Assembly (NCBI GenBank): GCA_027008775.1
Contig: JALVDV010000007.1
Coordinates: forward strand, 5,797 to 69,796
DNA: 64,000 nucleotides
Source: Candidatus Moraniibacteriota bacterium
GTDB lineage: Bacteria; Patescibacteriota; Minisyncoccia; Moranbacterales; DUUL01
Direction of reading: 5' to 3'
Part shown: piece after piece, positions 1 through 8,494 of the stretch
Layout of the letters: each line of letters begins with the position of its first letter
Position numbering within the stretch: position 1 is the first letter of the stretch
Notes under the pieces: generated by a model
The model's input: the letters and a program-made list of their open reading frames with translations, nothing else
Databases searched by the model: none
Told to the model about the DNA's origin: nothing
Made by a program: the position numbers and the translations under genes

Positions 1-59
1 ACCGGCCGGTTTATGATTATATATTCAAGCGACGCGGACTAGATAAAAAAATCAGACGA

Positions 60-458
60 ATGTCTTTCAGTCAAGATACGAATGAAAATTGTCTGTTTGT
101 TGCCATTGACCATCATCGGCACCGGGAAACGCCGAGAATTCCGAGGAATCATAAGAATGAGTTTGAGAAAGTGGCCGGAGGTAAGAAAGAAATTGGCTTT
201 GTAACAGTGTGGATGGTTCATCGTAAGTTGGTGAGGTCAAAAGTCGGAAGTAACAATGAGCAGAGAACAGTGAGCAGGGAGCAGAGAGCAGAGAACAGTG
301 AGCAGGGAGCAGTGAGCAGAGAGCAGAGAACAGTGAGTAAGGAACAGGAAGGAATGAGAGGAGGACGAAAGAAAATTAAGAAACCGAGGAGAGTGGAAAG
401 AGTGAGCTGGAGAGATTTTTTTGAATTTTTGCGGAAGAAATCGGGTTGGCACCATTGA
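60..458 (+). CDS. hypothetical ORF. It spans a ~110-bp tandem repeat (~21-24-nt units, about 4-5 copies) that encodes reiterated SREQRTV/SREQRAEN peptides. It may be non-coding.
   Basis: Tandem DNA repeat gagcagagaacagtgagcaggg reiterated across 250-350. No recognisable domain. Confidence 0.2.
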   Translation: MSFSQDTNENCLFVAIDHHRHRETPRIPRNHKNEFEKVAGGKKEIGFVTVWMVHRKLVRSKVGSNNEQRTVSREQRAENSEQGAVSREQRTVSKEQEGMRGGRKKIKKPRRVERVSWRDFFEFLRKKSGWHH

Positions 459-516
459 AAGTTTTGAGTGAATTTTCTATAATAAGGGGGAATGTTGAGT
501 TGACCCGGTAATTTGG

Positions 517-1143
517 TTGATTCCGGGTCGCTTGGTTTTTAAATTTTTATTGGATAAGATTAAACTTATGAATTACAATGAAGTGACAGTTATAGATAGG
601 TTTTTGGCGCGAACATTGTTAAGGTTTATTCCGGAGAGTGTTACCCCCAATCAGGTGACCGGTTTGCGTTTTGTTTTGACTCCTGTGGTTTTTTGGTTGT
701 TGTACAAAGAATATTATTTCTGGGGATTTATTTTGTTTTTGTTTAATATGCTGACGGACGCCATTGACGGAGCGATGGCCAGAACAAGAAATCAAATTAC
801 CGACTTGGGCAAAATCATTGATCCTTTGGCTGACAAGTTGGCCATTGGCTCGGTGGCGATTCTTTTGCTTTTTCGCTTCTTAAATCATTGGCTAGCTTGG
901 GCCGTTGTACTACTGGATGTAGCTATAATGTTGGTGGGCGCTTTTGAGAAATATATTTTGGGACGGACTATTCAGGCGGAAATTTTTGGTAAATTGAAAT
1001 TGATTAGCCAAGTGATAGCTTTAGCTGTTTTGTTGATTTTTGTTTTGACGCAAATTCCTTTCTTTTTGTTTTTGACGAAAGTGGTTTTGTGGCTAGCTAT
1101 TATTTTGGCGACAATTAGTTTATTTAGGCCTCATTCCATATAA
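517..1143 (+). CDS. CDP-alcohol phosphatidyltransferase family protein (PgsA-like)
   Basis: DAIDGAMAR-x8-GKIIDPLADKL matches the D-G-x2-A-R...G-x3-D-x3-D signature. Multi-pass hydrophobic protein. Confidence 0.7.
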   Translation: MIPGRLVFKFLLDKIKLMNYNEVTVIDRFLARTLLRFIPESVTPNQVTGLRFVLTPVVFWLLYKEYYFWGFILFLFNMLTDAIDGAMARTRNQITDLGKIIDPLADKLAIGSVAILLLFRFLNHWLAWAVVLLDVAIMLVGAFEKYILGRTIQAEIFGKLKLISQVIALAVLLIFVLTQIPFFLFLTKVVLWLAIILATISLFRPHSI

Positions 1144-1164
1144 TCTTTTAGTGACGATTAGGTT

Positions 1165-1968
1165 ATGGCAAAAAAATCTCAAGCGGAAAAATTCGGAGTT
1201 TCCGCAGAACTATTGGCCAGGTGGAAGGCGAAACCTTTCTTTTTGCCGGGAGAGGGTCGGCGAAAAAAAACTTTGATTATTTTAGTGCACGGTTGGTCAA
1301 TTTCTACCAAGCAAGTGCGTTTTTTGGCGGAAAAATTGCAGGAATACGGTTTTTCGGCCAGCGCGCCTCGTTTGCGGGGACATGGCACCAGGCCGGAGGA
1401 TTTGGAAGGGGTTACTTGGAAGGATTGGCTGGCTGATGTGGTAAAAGAGATTAGACGACGTAAGCGTTCGGGTGAGTTTGAAAGGATTGTGGTGGGGGGA
1501 GTTTCCATGGGTGGTAATCTTTCTTTGTTGGCCAGCTTGGAAGAAGAGGTGGACGGCTTGTTTTTGATTGGGGCGCCGGTTTATTTAAAGAATCACCTTT
1601 TTATTAAAACTGTTTCAATAATAGCTCCGTGGTTTGTAGATTATATTAAAAAAAGGAGACCAAAGAAGATTTCTTATGAAGAGGACAGTTCTTATCAATA
1701 TTTTCCCGTAATCAATATGCGAGAGATTTTGCAAACAATAAAAGAATCTGTTCGTTCTCTTAAAAAAATTAAGACACCTTTGCTAATTTTACAGACAAAA
1801 AATGATTTTTTTGTTACCAAGCAATCTCCTTGGATTATTTACAAAAACGTGCCGGCAAGAACAAAAAGAATTCAATGGATTGAAACAGACACGGAGAACC
1901 ATGTTCCTCAGGGAGAGGAAGTTGATAAAGTGGCGGAAGCGGTAAGGGATTTTGTTGATAAAATTTAG
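1165..1968 (+). CDS. alpha/beta-fold hydrolase (carboxylesterase/lipase-like)
   Basis: Nucleophile elbow GVSMGG (G-x-S-x-G), and a LILVHGW oxyanion-region motif. Confidence 0.65.
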   Translation: MAKKSQAEKFGVSAELLARWKAKPFFLPGEGRRKKTLIILVHGWSISTKQVRFLAEKLQEYGFSASAPRLRGHGTRPEDLEGVTWKDWLADVVKEIRRRKRSGEFERIVVGGVSMGGNLSLLASLEEEVDGLFLIGAPVYLKNHLFIKTVSIIAPWFVDYIKKRRPKKISYEEDSSYQYFPVINMREILQTIKESVRSLKKIKTPLLILQTKNDFFVTKQSPWIIYKNVPARTKRIQWIETDTENHVPQGEEVDKVAEAVRDFVDKI

Positions 1969-1990
1969 GCTATTTGGGAACGGTTTCGTT

Positions 1991-4141
1991 TTATTCCCAG
2001 TGGGTGACAATATTCAATCTCTCTAACTCTTTTTTAAGTCGGGGGAATTTTTTTAGTTGGGGATCAAAATGAATAAGCCTTTGCGCTTCTTGGCGGGCTT
2101 GTTCAATGGTTTTAAGATCGGAAAGGGATTCCATAGCGATGTCCGGCAGTCCGGATTGAGCAGTACCCATAAATTGCCCCGGTCCGCGCAGCTGTAGGTC
2201 GGCTTGGGCAATTTTGAAGCCATCGTTGGTTTGCTCCAAGATACGCAGGCGGGAGGTTGTTTCCGGGGCTGAACCGGAAGTGGATAGAAAGCAGTAGGAT
2301 TGATGTTCTCCGCGACCGACCCGGCCACGAAATTGGTGCAATTGGGCCAAGCCGAATCTTTCGGCGCCCTCAATGAGCATAATGTTGGCGTTGGGAACGT
2401 CAACGCCGACTTCCACTACGGAAGTGGAAATTAAAATGTCCAATTTTTTATTTTTAAAGTCGGCCATAATTTTGTTTTTTTCCTTAGGTTTCATTTTGCC
2501 ATGTAGGAGTCCCAACTTGAATTCTGGGAAAATTTCTTTTTGTAGTCGTTGGTGTTCGGCGGTAGCCGCTTTAACCTCTGACATTTTACTGGATTCGTTT
2601 ACCAAGGGAAAGATGACAAAAGCTTGGCGTCCGTTTTTGATTGCTTCCTTGATGAAACGATGGACTTTCGCCAGTTCTGCTTGGGGAACAATTTTAGTAA
2701 TGATTTTTTTTCTACCCTTGGGGAATTCGTCTATGATGGAAAGGTCAAGGTTGCCAAACATCGTCAAAGAAAGACTGCGAGGAATGGGGGTGGCGGTCAT
2801 ACTGAGTAGGTGGGGGGTGAGATTGTTTTTTTTATTTTCCAGCCCCAAATTCTCCTGCAAAAAAGCTCTTTGTTTGACACCGAAGCGGTGTTGTTCGTCA
2901 ATGATAACCAGTCCGAGATTGTTGAAGGTGACGCTTTTTTGAATAATGGCGTGAGTGCCGATTAAAATATCAACCCGACCTCTTTTGAGTTGTTTCAAAA
3001 GTTTAGGGCGACTGATTTTGGCGCTTTCTTGGTTGGCCGGCGCCAGTTGACTTTCCGAGCGAGTTAATAGAGCGATGGAAAAATCAAGTTGTCGGAAGAA
3101 TTTTCTCAAACTTTTGTAATGTTGAACCGCCAGAACTTCGGTGGGCGCCAAGAGAGCCACTTGGTAGAGTTGATTAACAACTGAGAGAGCGGCGATAGCG
3201 GAAACGACTGTTTTGCCGGTGCCGACGTCACCTTCCAACAATCTGTTCATTGGTTTATCTTTGCTCAGATCTTGGATAATTTGCCAGGTGGCTTTTTTTT
3301 GAGCGTTGGTTAGCTGAAAAGGTAAATTTTGCACGAATTCTTTAATGAATTCTTCGTTGAAAGGGATGGCCGGAGCCTTTTGCTGATTCCAGGTGGCTTT
3401 GGCTAGAAACGATTTTAGTTGGATAAGAAATATTTTTTCAAAGGCGAAACGTTCTCGGGCTTTGCTTATTTCTTTTTGAGATTGAGGGAAATGAACATAG
3501 CGAAAGGCTTTGGCCAAGTCGGTCAGTTTTTGGGATTTTAGGATGCTTTGAGGAATAAATTCTTCAACAGCCACTTGGGACAGGATATTTTTAATTATGC
3601 GACGGAACCAGAAGCTGTTTAATCCGCCGGTTTCGTGGTAAATTGGCGCCAAGATGCCGGTGTTGCAGGAATAATTTTCCTCTTCCACTTGAATAATGGT
3701 TTCACTTTGTTCCCTCTGCAGAGCGCGCAAGGGAATGAATTCAAAATTTGGGTGAGAAAGAAAGGCTTCTTGCTGTTTGTTTAGACTGACTTTTCCGCTG
3801 AGGCGAATGGCGCGTCCTTCTCTCAGATTTTGTAAGGGAAGAGGGCTGTTAAACCAAACAACTTTAATTGAGCCGGTGTCGTCTTCAACGTAAGCTTCGG
3901 TGATGGTAAGACGACGATAACGAGCTTGAGTTGTTTTGAGGGAGACGATTCGTCCTTGGATGGTGATAGTTTCACCTATCTTGATTTGGTCTATTTTTTT
4001 AAATTCGGAAAAGTCATCGTAGCGGTGGGGGAAATAGTAAAGTAGATCACCAACGGTTTTGATGTTAAGATTTTCCAATTTCTTCTGATATTTTTTGCCT
4101 ATGCCGGAAACTTTGTTTACAGGTGTGTTTAGTTGGAGCAT
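1991..4141 (-). CDS. recG: ATP-dependent DNA helicase RecG
   Basis: Walker A GDVGTGKT, DEQHRFG box, N-terminal wedge/OB region, ~700 aa. Confidence 0.9.
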   Translation of the reverse strand: MLQLNTPVNKVSGIGKKYQKKLENLNIKTVGDLLYYFPHRYDDFSEFKKIDQIKIGETITIQGRIVSLKTTQARYRRLTITEAYVEDDTGSIKVVWFNSPLPLQNLREGRAIRLSGKVSLNKQQEAFLSHPNFEFIPLRALQREQSETIIQVEEENYSCNTGILAPIYHETGGLNSFWFRRIIKNILSQVAVEEFIPQSILKSQKLTDLAKAFRYVHFPQSQKEISKARERFAFEKIFLIQLKSFLAKATWNQQKAPAIPFNEEFIKEFVQNLPFQLTNAQKKATWQIIQDLSKDKPMNRLLEGDVGTGKTVVSAIAALSVVNQLYQVALLAPTEVLAVQHYKSLRKFFRQLDFSIALLTRSESQLAPANQESAKISRPKLLKQLKRGRVDILIGTHAIIQKSVTFNNLGLVIIDEQHRFGVKQRAFLQENLGLENKKNNLTPHLLSMTATPIPRSLSLTMFGNLDLSIIDEFPKGRKKIITKIVPQAELAKVHRFIKEAIKNGRQAFVIFPLVNESSKMSEVKAATAEHQRLQKEIFPEFKLGLLHGKMKPKEKNKIMADFKNKKLDILISTSVVEVGVDVPNANIMLIEGAERFGLAQLHQFRGRVGRGEHQSYCFLSTSGSAPETTSRLRILEQTNDGFKIAQADLQLRGPGQFMGTAQSGLPDIAMESLSDLKTIEQARQEAQRLIHFDPQLKKFPRLKKELERLNIVTHWE

Positions 4142-4310
4142 TGCTATTGACTGGATACTGCTTGGTTATTTAAGAAAGACTTTTACATTTACTTTAACAG
4201 AAAGTGCGAAAAAAGTCAGTATGGGTGAGATTTTTTGAATGATTTGGAAGTTTAAAGATTGATTTAGCCGGTTGGTTTTGTAGATTAAGGTGAGATTTAC
4301 GGGTTTTTGC

Positions 4311-4340
4311 ACAATAAAAAAATCGGTTAAACCGATTTTG
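4311..4340 (-). terminator. intrinsic terminator downstream of the minus-strand tRNA. Hairpin aaatcgg-ttaaa-ccgattt, followed on the minus strand by a T-run.
   Basis: 7-bp stem, A-run on the + strand (T-run on the - strand) at 4311-4320. Confidence 0.5.
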
Positions 4341-4413
4341 TGCCCTTGGCAGGAGTCGAACCTACGACCTTTCGGACCGCAACCGAACGCTCTATCCACT
4401 GAGCTACAAGGGC
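4341..4413 (-). tRNA. tRNA-Arg. A manual cloverleaf gives anticodon loop TTGCGGT, i.e. anticodon GCG.
   Basis: The reverse complement GCCCTTGTAGCTCAGTGGATAGAGCGTTCGGTTGCGGTCCGAAAGGTCGTAGGTTCGACTCCTGCCAAGGGCA folds with a 7-bp acceptor stem, GCTC/GAGC D stem, TTCGG/CCGAA anticodon stem and GTAGG/CCTGC T stem with a TTCGACT loop. No encoded CCA. Confidence 0.8.
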
Positions 4414-4511
4414 GACTGACGAAAACAGTTGTTTTGAAAAACAGGAAATTTCCCCAAGACTCTCATCAGCTTAACAAGAGATTGGATGGTTGTCAATTTT
4501 AAGTGTTTGTC

Positions 4512-5003
4512 TTAAATGATGTGTTCCAAGTGGTCCCAAAGAGACTCTTTATGGATGTCTTCCACCAGGAAACGGGAAAGTATTTTTCTAATTTCATTGG
4601 GATCTTGTTGTCCCAAAGGAATGTGAATGTAGGGCAGAAAACGGCTTTCGGTACGCAGAGAAAGTTCTTTACGGGCCATTTCTCCGGGTTCGTAAAATAT
4701 CCAGAAATCTTCTATTTCGGTAAAATCATAAAATTTGTTGTGAGCGATAATGCCGGTCTCGCAGATGGCAAACCGATAAGTTTCCGGCTCCTTTTTTTCA
4801 AATAAGTAGGCGACAATTCCGGCCAAAATGACAATTAGACTAAGGAGGAAGTTGTCGGTAGCCAAACTGTAAATGAGTAGGAGAATGGCAATTACAAAAA
4901 GAGCGAGCAACCACCAGGGATGTTTGGGGAAACTTTCAAATTTTGTGACTTTCCAGGAAGCCAGATAAGGTCCATTTGATTTAATTTTGGTTTGACCGCT
5001 CAT
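4512..5003 (-). CDS. membrane protein with a bacterial PH-like (YdbS/DUF304-like) C-terminal region
   Basis: Two predicted TM helices (WWLLALFVIAILLLIYSL..., LIVILAGIVAYLF), then a soluble domain. Preferred over the antisense ORF 4503..4805. Confidence 0.4.
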   Translation of the reverse strand: MSGQTKIKSNGPYLASWKVTKFESFPKHPWWLLALFVIAILLLIYSLATDNFLLSLIVILAGIVAYLFEKKEPETYRFAICETGIIAHNKFYDFTEIEDFWIFYEPGEMARKELSLRTESRFLPYIHIPLGQQDPNEIRKILSRFLVEDIHKESLWDHLEHII

Positions 5004-5016
5004 TATTGTTTTGTTT

Positions 5017-5415
5017 TTATTTTTTGTCTTCCATCAATTCATTCATCTCTTTCTCGGCAAAAATGGAGAAAATTACTCTGATGGTGATGATTAAAACCAG
5101 AGAGGCTAAATCAATCCAAAGGGCGCTGTTGGATTTGAGAATAACCGTTTCAATAATGTCTCTGGAGATCAAAAAGTCAAGACCAAGCAGAATGTGTTTT
5201 ACCAGAATGACTCTGATTTTCCAAAAGTTTCTTTTGGTGACATAAAGGTAAAAACCATGGATTACTCCGAAAATAATGACAGCTACTCCAATGAGACCGA
5301 CCAGGAAGGCGGCCAAATTTAGAGAATCCAAAATAATTTTTTGCAGATAACTGAACGTTGCCATGTTGGAAATGGTGTTTATTGTGTTGGTGGAAAGATG
5401 ACGGAAAGATCTCAA
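5017..5415 (-). CDS. small integral membrane protein (DUF1622-like)
   Basis: Three hydrophobic segments. The real start is probably an internal Met (MATFSY...). Confidence 0.4.
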   Translation of the reverse strand: MRSFRHLSTNTINTISNMATFSYLQKIILDSLNLAAFLVGLIGVAVIIFGVIHGFYLYVTKRNFWKIRVILVKHILLGLDFLISRDIIETVILKSNSALWIDLASLVLIITIRVIFSIFAEKEMNELMEDKK

Positions 5416-5638
5416 ATAAGTTTCTTTTTTTATTATATACCGAAACAGCAGTTTGGCAAATTTTTTAAAGGTTGCTGTTGATTAACATTGTAAATTTTGT
5501 GGCGATTACTTTTTGCTAGAAAACTGATTTTTCTAAATTAGTTTGTGGAAGATTGTTTGTCTAAAAAATAAAATCAATTATAATGAAAGGGAGATGATAG
5601 AATAATTTTGAGAAAGAGAGGAAAAAGAAAAAATAAGT

Positions 5639-7063
5639 TTGTTGTTTATTATGCCGGAGAAAGTTATCAGGGTTTTCCCGCGGGGATTTTGTGCCGGGGT
5701 GACCAGGTCAATCAAGGCGGTGGAAGAAGCTTTGCGATTGTTTGGTCCGCCAATTTATGTTAAACATGCTATTGTACACAACAAAACCGTTATAGCTGAT
5801 CTGGAGCGAAAAGGGGCGGTCTTTGTTGAGGATTTAAAAGAAGTGCCTGAGGGGGCGACAGTTGTTTTCAGCGCGCATGGGTCTCCGCCGGAGCATTTTC
5901 GGGAAGCTAAAAAAAGAGGGTTGAGGTTAATTGACGCCACTTGTCCTTTGGTAACCAAGGTTCATTTTGAAATCGTTAAGGCTATTAAGGAGGGAAAACA
6001 ACCACTTTATATCGGTCACAAGGATCATGTGGAGGCGCAGGGAGTATTGGGGGAAGCAGAGCGACTTGGAGTTTCTGTGCCGGTTGTTAAAGATGAAAAG
6101 GATGTGGAGCTTTTGGATTTGAAAACAAAAAAGCCGATTGTAATTCTGGCGCAGACAACTTTCAAGGCGGAAAAAATTAAAGAGTTGGCGAAGCTTTTAC
6201 AGAAAAAGTTTGTCGGACAGAGGGTTGAGTTGATTGAAGACGATATCTGTTACGCCACCAGCAATAGGCAGAGGGCGATAACCGAATTGGCCAAAAAGGT
6301 GGAGGTGGTTTTGGTGGTTGGATCTAAAGAATCTTCCAATTCCAATCGTCTGGTGGAAGTGGCTAAGGAGGCCGGAGCGGAAGCTTTTTTGTTGGATGGC
6401 GTGGAAGATTTGCGGGCTGAGTGGTGGCGAGGGAAAAAGACGGTAGGACTATCGGCCGGAGCCAGCGCGCCGGAGTATAAGGTGCAAGAGTTGGCGGATT
6501 TTTTTCAAAAAAAAGGAGCCAGTTTGGAAGAATTGACCTTTGAGGAGAGGGAGTTGGTTTTTAAGGAGCCCTTGGAATTGGTGAAGATAAGACAAGCGTT
6601 GTCTCGGCTTAAAATTGAGTTTAATGGGGGAGGATTTGATATCAAAAAAGATTTTGTGGAAAATATTTTGCGGGAAACATTTTTGACTTTGTTGGAGAAG
6701 AAAGTTTTAACAAAAGAGGATTGTTGGCGACTAAGTGTGGCGGCGGTCACAAAGGCAACGATTAGAAAATTGAATAAAAAATGGCGTCAGACAGATAAAG
6801 AAACCGATGTTTTATCTTTCTATTACGGTCGAGAAGATGACTGCAAGGAAGGAGAGATTGTTTTGGCGCCGGAGGTTATTGCCGGAAATGCCAAGGAGGA
6901 CGGAGTTCCTTTTGATTATGAGTTGGCGAAAAATTTAATTCACAGTTTTTTACACATTATCGGTTATGAGCACAGTCGGGAGATGTTTGTTTGGCAAGAT
7001 AAAATTTTGAAGAGAATATTGAATAATAACTTAATAGGGAAAGAAAATGAGAAAATTTCTTAG
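5639..7063 (+). CDS. ispH: IspH (4-hydroxy-3-methylbut-2-enyl diphosphate reductase, LytB; aa 1-~318) fused in frame to the endoribonuclease YbeY (aa ~335-474)
   Basis: - IspH part: PRGFCAGV, DATCPLVTKVH, ICYATSNRQ (the three Fe-S cysteine motifs), SSNSNRL, FEERELVFKEPLEL C-terminus.
- YbeY part: TDVLSF, and HSFLHIIGYEH (the H-x3-H-x5-H metal triad).
- No stop or ATG between the two domains. Confidence 0.85.
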   Translation: MLFIMPEKVIRVFPRGFCAGVTRSIKAVEEALRLFGPPIYVKHAIVHNKTVIADLERKGAVFVEDLKEVPEGATVVFSAHGSPPEHFREAKKRGLRLIDATCPLVTKVHFEIVKAIKEGKQPLYIGHKDHVEAQGVLGEAERLGVSVPVVKDEKDVELLDLKTKKPIVILAQTTFKAEKIKELAKLLQKKFVGQRVELIEDDICYATSNRQRAITELAKKVEVVLVVGSKESSNSNRLVEVAKEAGAEAFLLDGVEDLRAEWWRGKKTVGLSAGASAPEYKVQELADFFQKKGASLEELTFEERELVFKEPLELVKIRQALSRLKIEFNGGGFDIKKDFVENILRETFLTLLEKKVLTKEDCWRLSVAAVTKATIRKLNKKWRQTDKETDVLSFYYGREDDCKEGEIVLAPEVIAGNAKEDGVPFDYELAKNLIHSFLHIIGYEHSREMFVWQDKILKRILNNNLIGKENEKIS

Positions 7064-7406
7064 AAGTTTTTGTTTCGCTTTAGAAGGTCTGTGGGCTTTG
7101 TTGAAAACGGAGCGCAATTTTAGAATAGAAATGGCGGTGGCTTTATTGGTTCTTTTTTTAATGTTCTACTTGGATTTAACTTTTTTAGAAAGGTTGATTT
7201 TATTCTTTGTGACAATGGCTGTTTTGATAATGGAAATCGTTAATACGGTTTTGGAAAAGTTATTGGATTTACAAAGGAAACGAAAAGATAGAAGGGTAAA
7301 ATTTTTGAAAGACGCGATGGCGGGAGCGGTTTTGTTAACGGCCGTTTTGGCTTTGGTTTCCGGCTTATTTATTTTTGGGCACTATTTTTTCAAGAATTGG
7401 TTTTAA
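7047..7406 (+). CDS. dgkA: diacylglycerol/undecaprenol kinase DgkA
   Basis: EIVNTVLEKLLD matches the prokaryotic DAGK signature. Three TM helices. It overlaps the end of ybeY by 17 nt, and ybeY-dgkA is the conserved order. Confidence 0.7.
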   Translation: MRKFLRSFCFALEGLWALLKTERNFRIEMAVALLVLFLMFYLDLTFLERLILFFVTMAVLIMEIVNTVLEKLLDLQRKRKDRRVKFLKDAMAGAVLLTAVLALVSGLFIFGHYFFKNWF

Positions 7407-7407
7407 T

Positions 7408-7435
7408 TTGACAATATTCGCTTGTTTGTTACAAT
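7408..7435 (+). promoter_or_regulatory. sigma70-type promoter TTGACA-16nt-TACAAT, followed by a hairpin (aaacggg...cccgttt)
   Basis: Near-consensus -35 and -10 hexamers about 110 nt upstream of the ATG at 7546. Confidence 0.4.
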
Positions 7436-7545
7436 AACGGGCAAACGGGGGTATCTCAGGTATCCCGTTTGAACATTAACAAGTAAATTTTTGTCAATCT
7501 CTCGGAGATTGGGCAGAATAATTTCTAGAAAGCGAGGTGAAAATA

Positions 7546-8264
7546 TGGAAGAAAAAATAGAGACTCAAGAGGACTTGAGCAAAGGAGGGAAATTTAAGAA
7601 TTGGCTTCAGGATAATATCAGGATTATTTTATCGGTTTTAATCGTGGCCACTATTGCTGTCGGGATTTATTCTTATTCCAACAGACAGGTGGAAACGGTA
7701 GCCGACAACGGTCAGGAGAAAGTGAATTTGGCCGGTGAAGTGAAGGGGGGAGAAGAAGGAGTTGTAACTGTTGAAGGACAGGGTGAAAAGAAGAAAAAGG
7801 AAGAGAAGAAAAATTCCAGCCAAAAGCTTTCTGTTGAAGAAAAAAAAGAAACTGAAAAGGCTGCTGAAGCCAAGCAAAAAACCGAGGAGGGCAAAAAATC
7901 TCAACAAGCTGAAGGTCAAGCTGTTAAGAGGGTTCAAAAAGAGGAGAACAAAAATGTTAGTGAGGAAACAGAGCATTCTTTCTTGGAAACAGCTTCGGCC
8001 GGAGACAGTTTGACAACTTTGGCGCGTAGGGCCTTGAAGGACTACTTGGCCAAAAATCCGGTGGAAGGTTTGACGCCGGAGCACAAGATTTACATAGAGG
8101 ACTATCTTAGACGTCATGTAAATCATTCCAGTAGAGTTTTGGTGGGAGAGAAGATTTCTTTCTCCAAAGACTTAATTGCTCAGGCTGTAAAGGCGTCACA
8201 GAACTTGAGTGATACTCAGCTAAAAAACTTGCACAAGTATGTGGTTAGAGTGTCTAACTTATAG
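7546..8264 (+). CDS. membrane-anchored Lys/Glu-rich low-complexity protein with a C-terminal globular domain (hypothetical)
   Basis: GAGGTG RBS 7 nt before ATG 7546. One N-terminal TM (IRIILSVLIVATIAVGIYSY). The E/K-rich spacer explains the many spurious antisense ORFs. The ORF track extends it to 7491 through an alternative start. Confidence 0.5.
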
Positions 8265-8338
8265 AATTTAGAACACAAAGACTGGTCTTTGGTTTTGACT
8301 GAGAAATTAAAATAAATTTAAATATTGATCTTTCTTGA

Positions 8339-8376
8339 TAAAGCAAAATTCCGGCAACGTCCGGAATTTTGCTTTA
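8339..8376 (+). promoter_or_regulatory. perfect 16-bp inverted repeat (taaagcaaaattccgg-caacgt-ccggaattttgcttta) in the argS upstream region
   Basis: Seen directly. It is not followed by a T-run and has no T-box consensus. Confidence 0.35.
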
Positions 8377-8494
8377 TCCGGAGCATTTAGCAAAAGTGAA
8401 TCTTGCAAGCAGATTGATTTTTGGGAAAACGGATGATATATTTGGTTTGTCGTCTTTAAGCGTGTTTGGTGAATTTGTAAAGAAGTAAAAGTTT

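Noticed and set aside
2373-2942. 189-aa + strand ORF, and 2053..2403 (-), 2624..2809 (+)
   Set aside because: They lie entirely inside or antisense to the well-supported recG reading frame. They have no domain signal and a Cys/Ser-rich composition typical of antisense artefacts.
4166-4502. ORFs 4166..4399 (-) and 4290..4502 (+)
   Set aside because: Both read through the tRNA-Arg gene and its terminator, so they are non-coding.
4503-4805. 100-aa + strand ORF
   Set aside because: It is antisense to the more convincing membrane-protein ORF 4512..5003 (-), which has clear TM helices. The plus-strand product has no features.
5639-7063. MEP-pathway operon
   Set aside because: Only ispH is present. 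No dxs, dxr or ispDEFG is in the window, so no pathway cluster can be claimed.
7638-8126. 162-aa minus-strand ORF plus 7712..7894 (-) and 7771..8013 (+) inside the K/E-rich gene
   Set aside because: These are artefacts of the purine-rich low-complexity coding repeat (poly-Lys/Glu codons). Their frames read as poly-Phe/Leu/Ser.
8265-8494. T-box riboswitch upstream of argS
   Set aside because: No T-box consensus (AATTAGGGTGGTACCGCG-like) and no specifier-loop architecture. There is only a single perfect hairpin.
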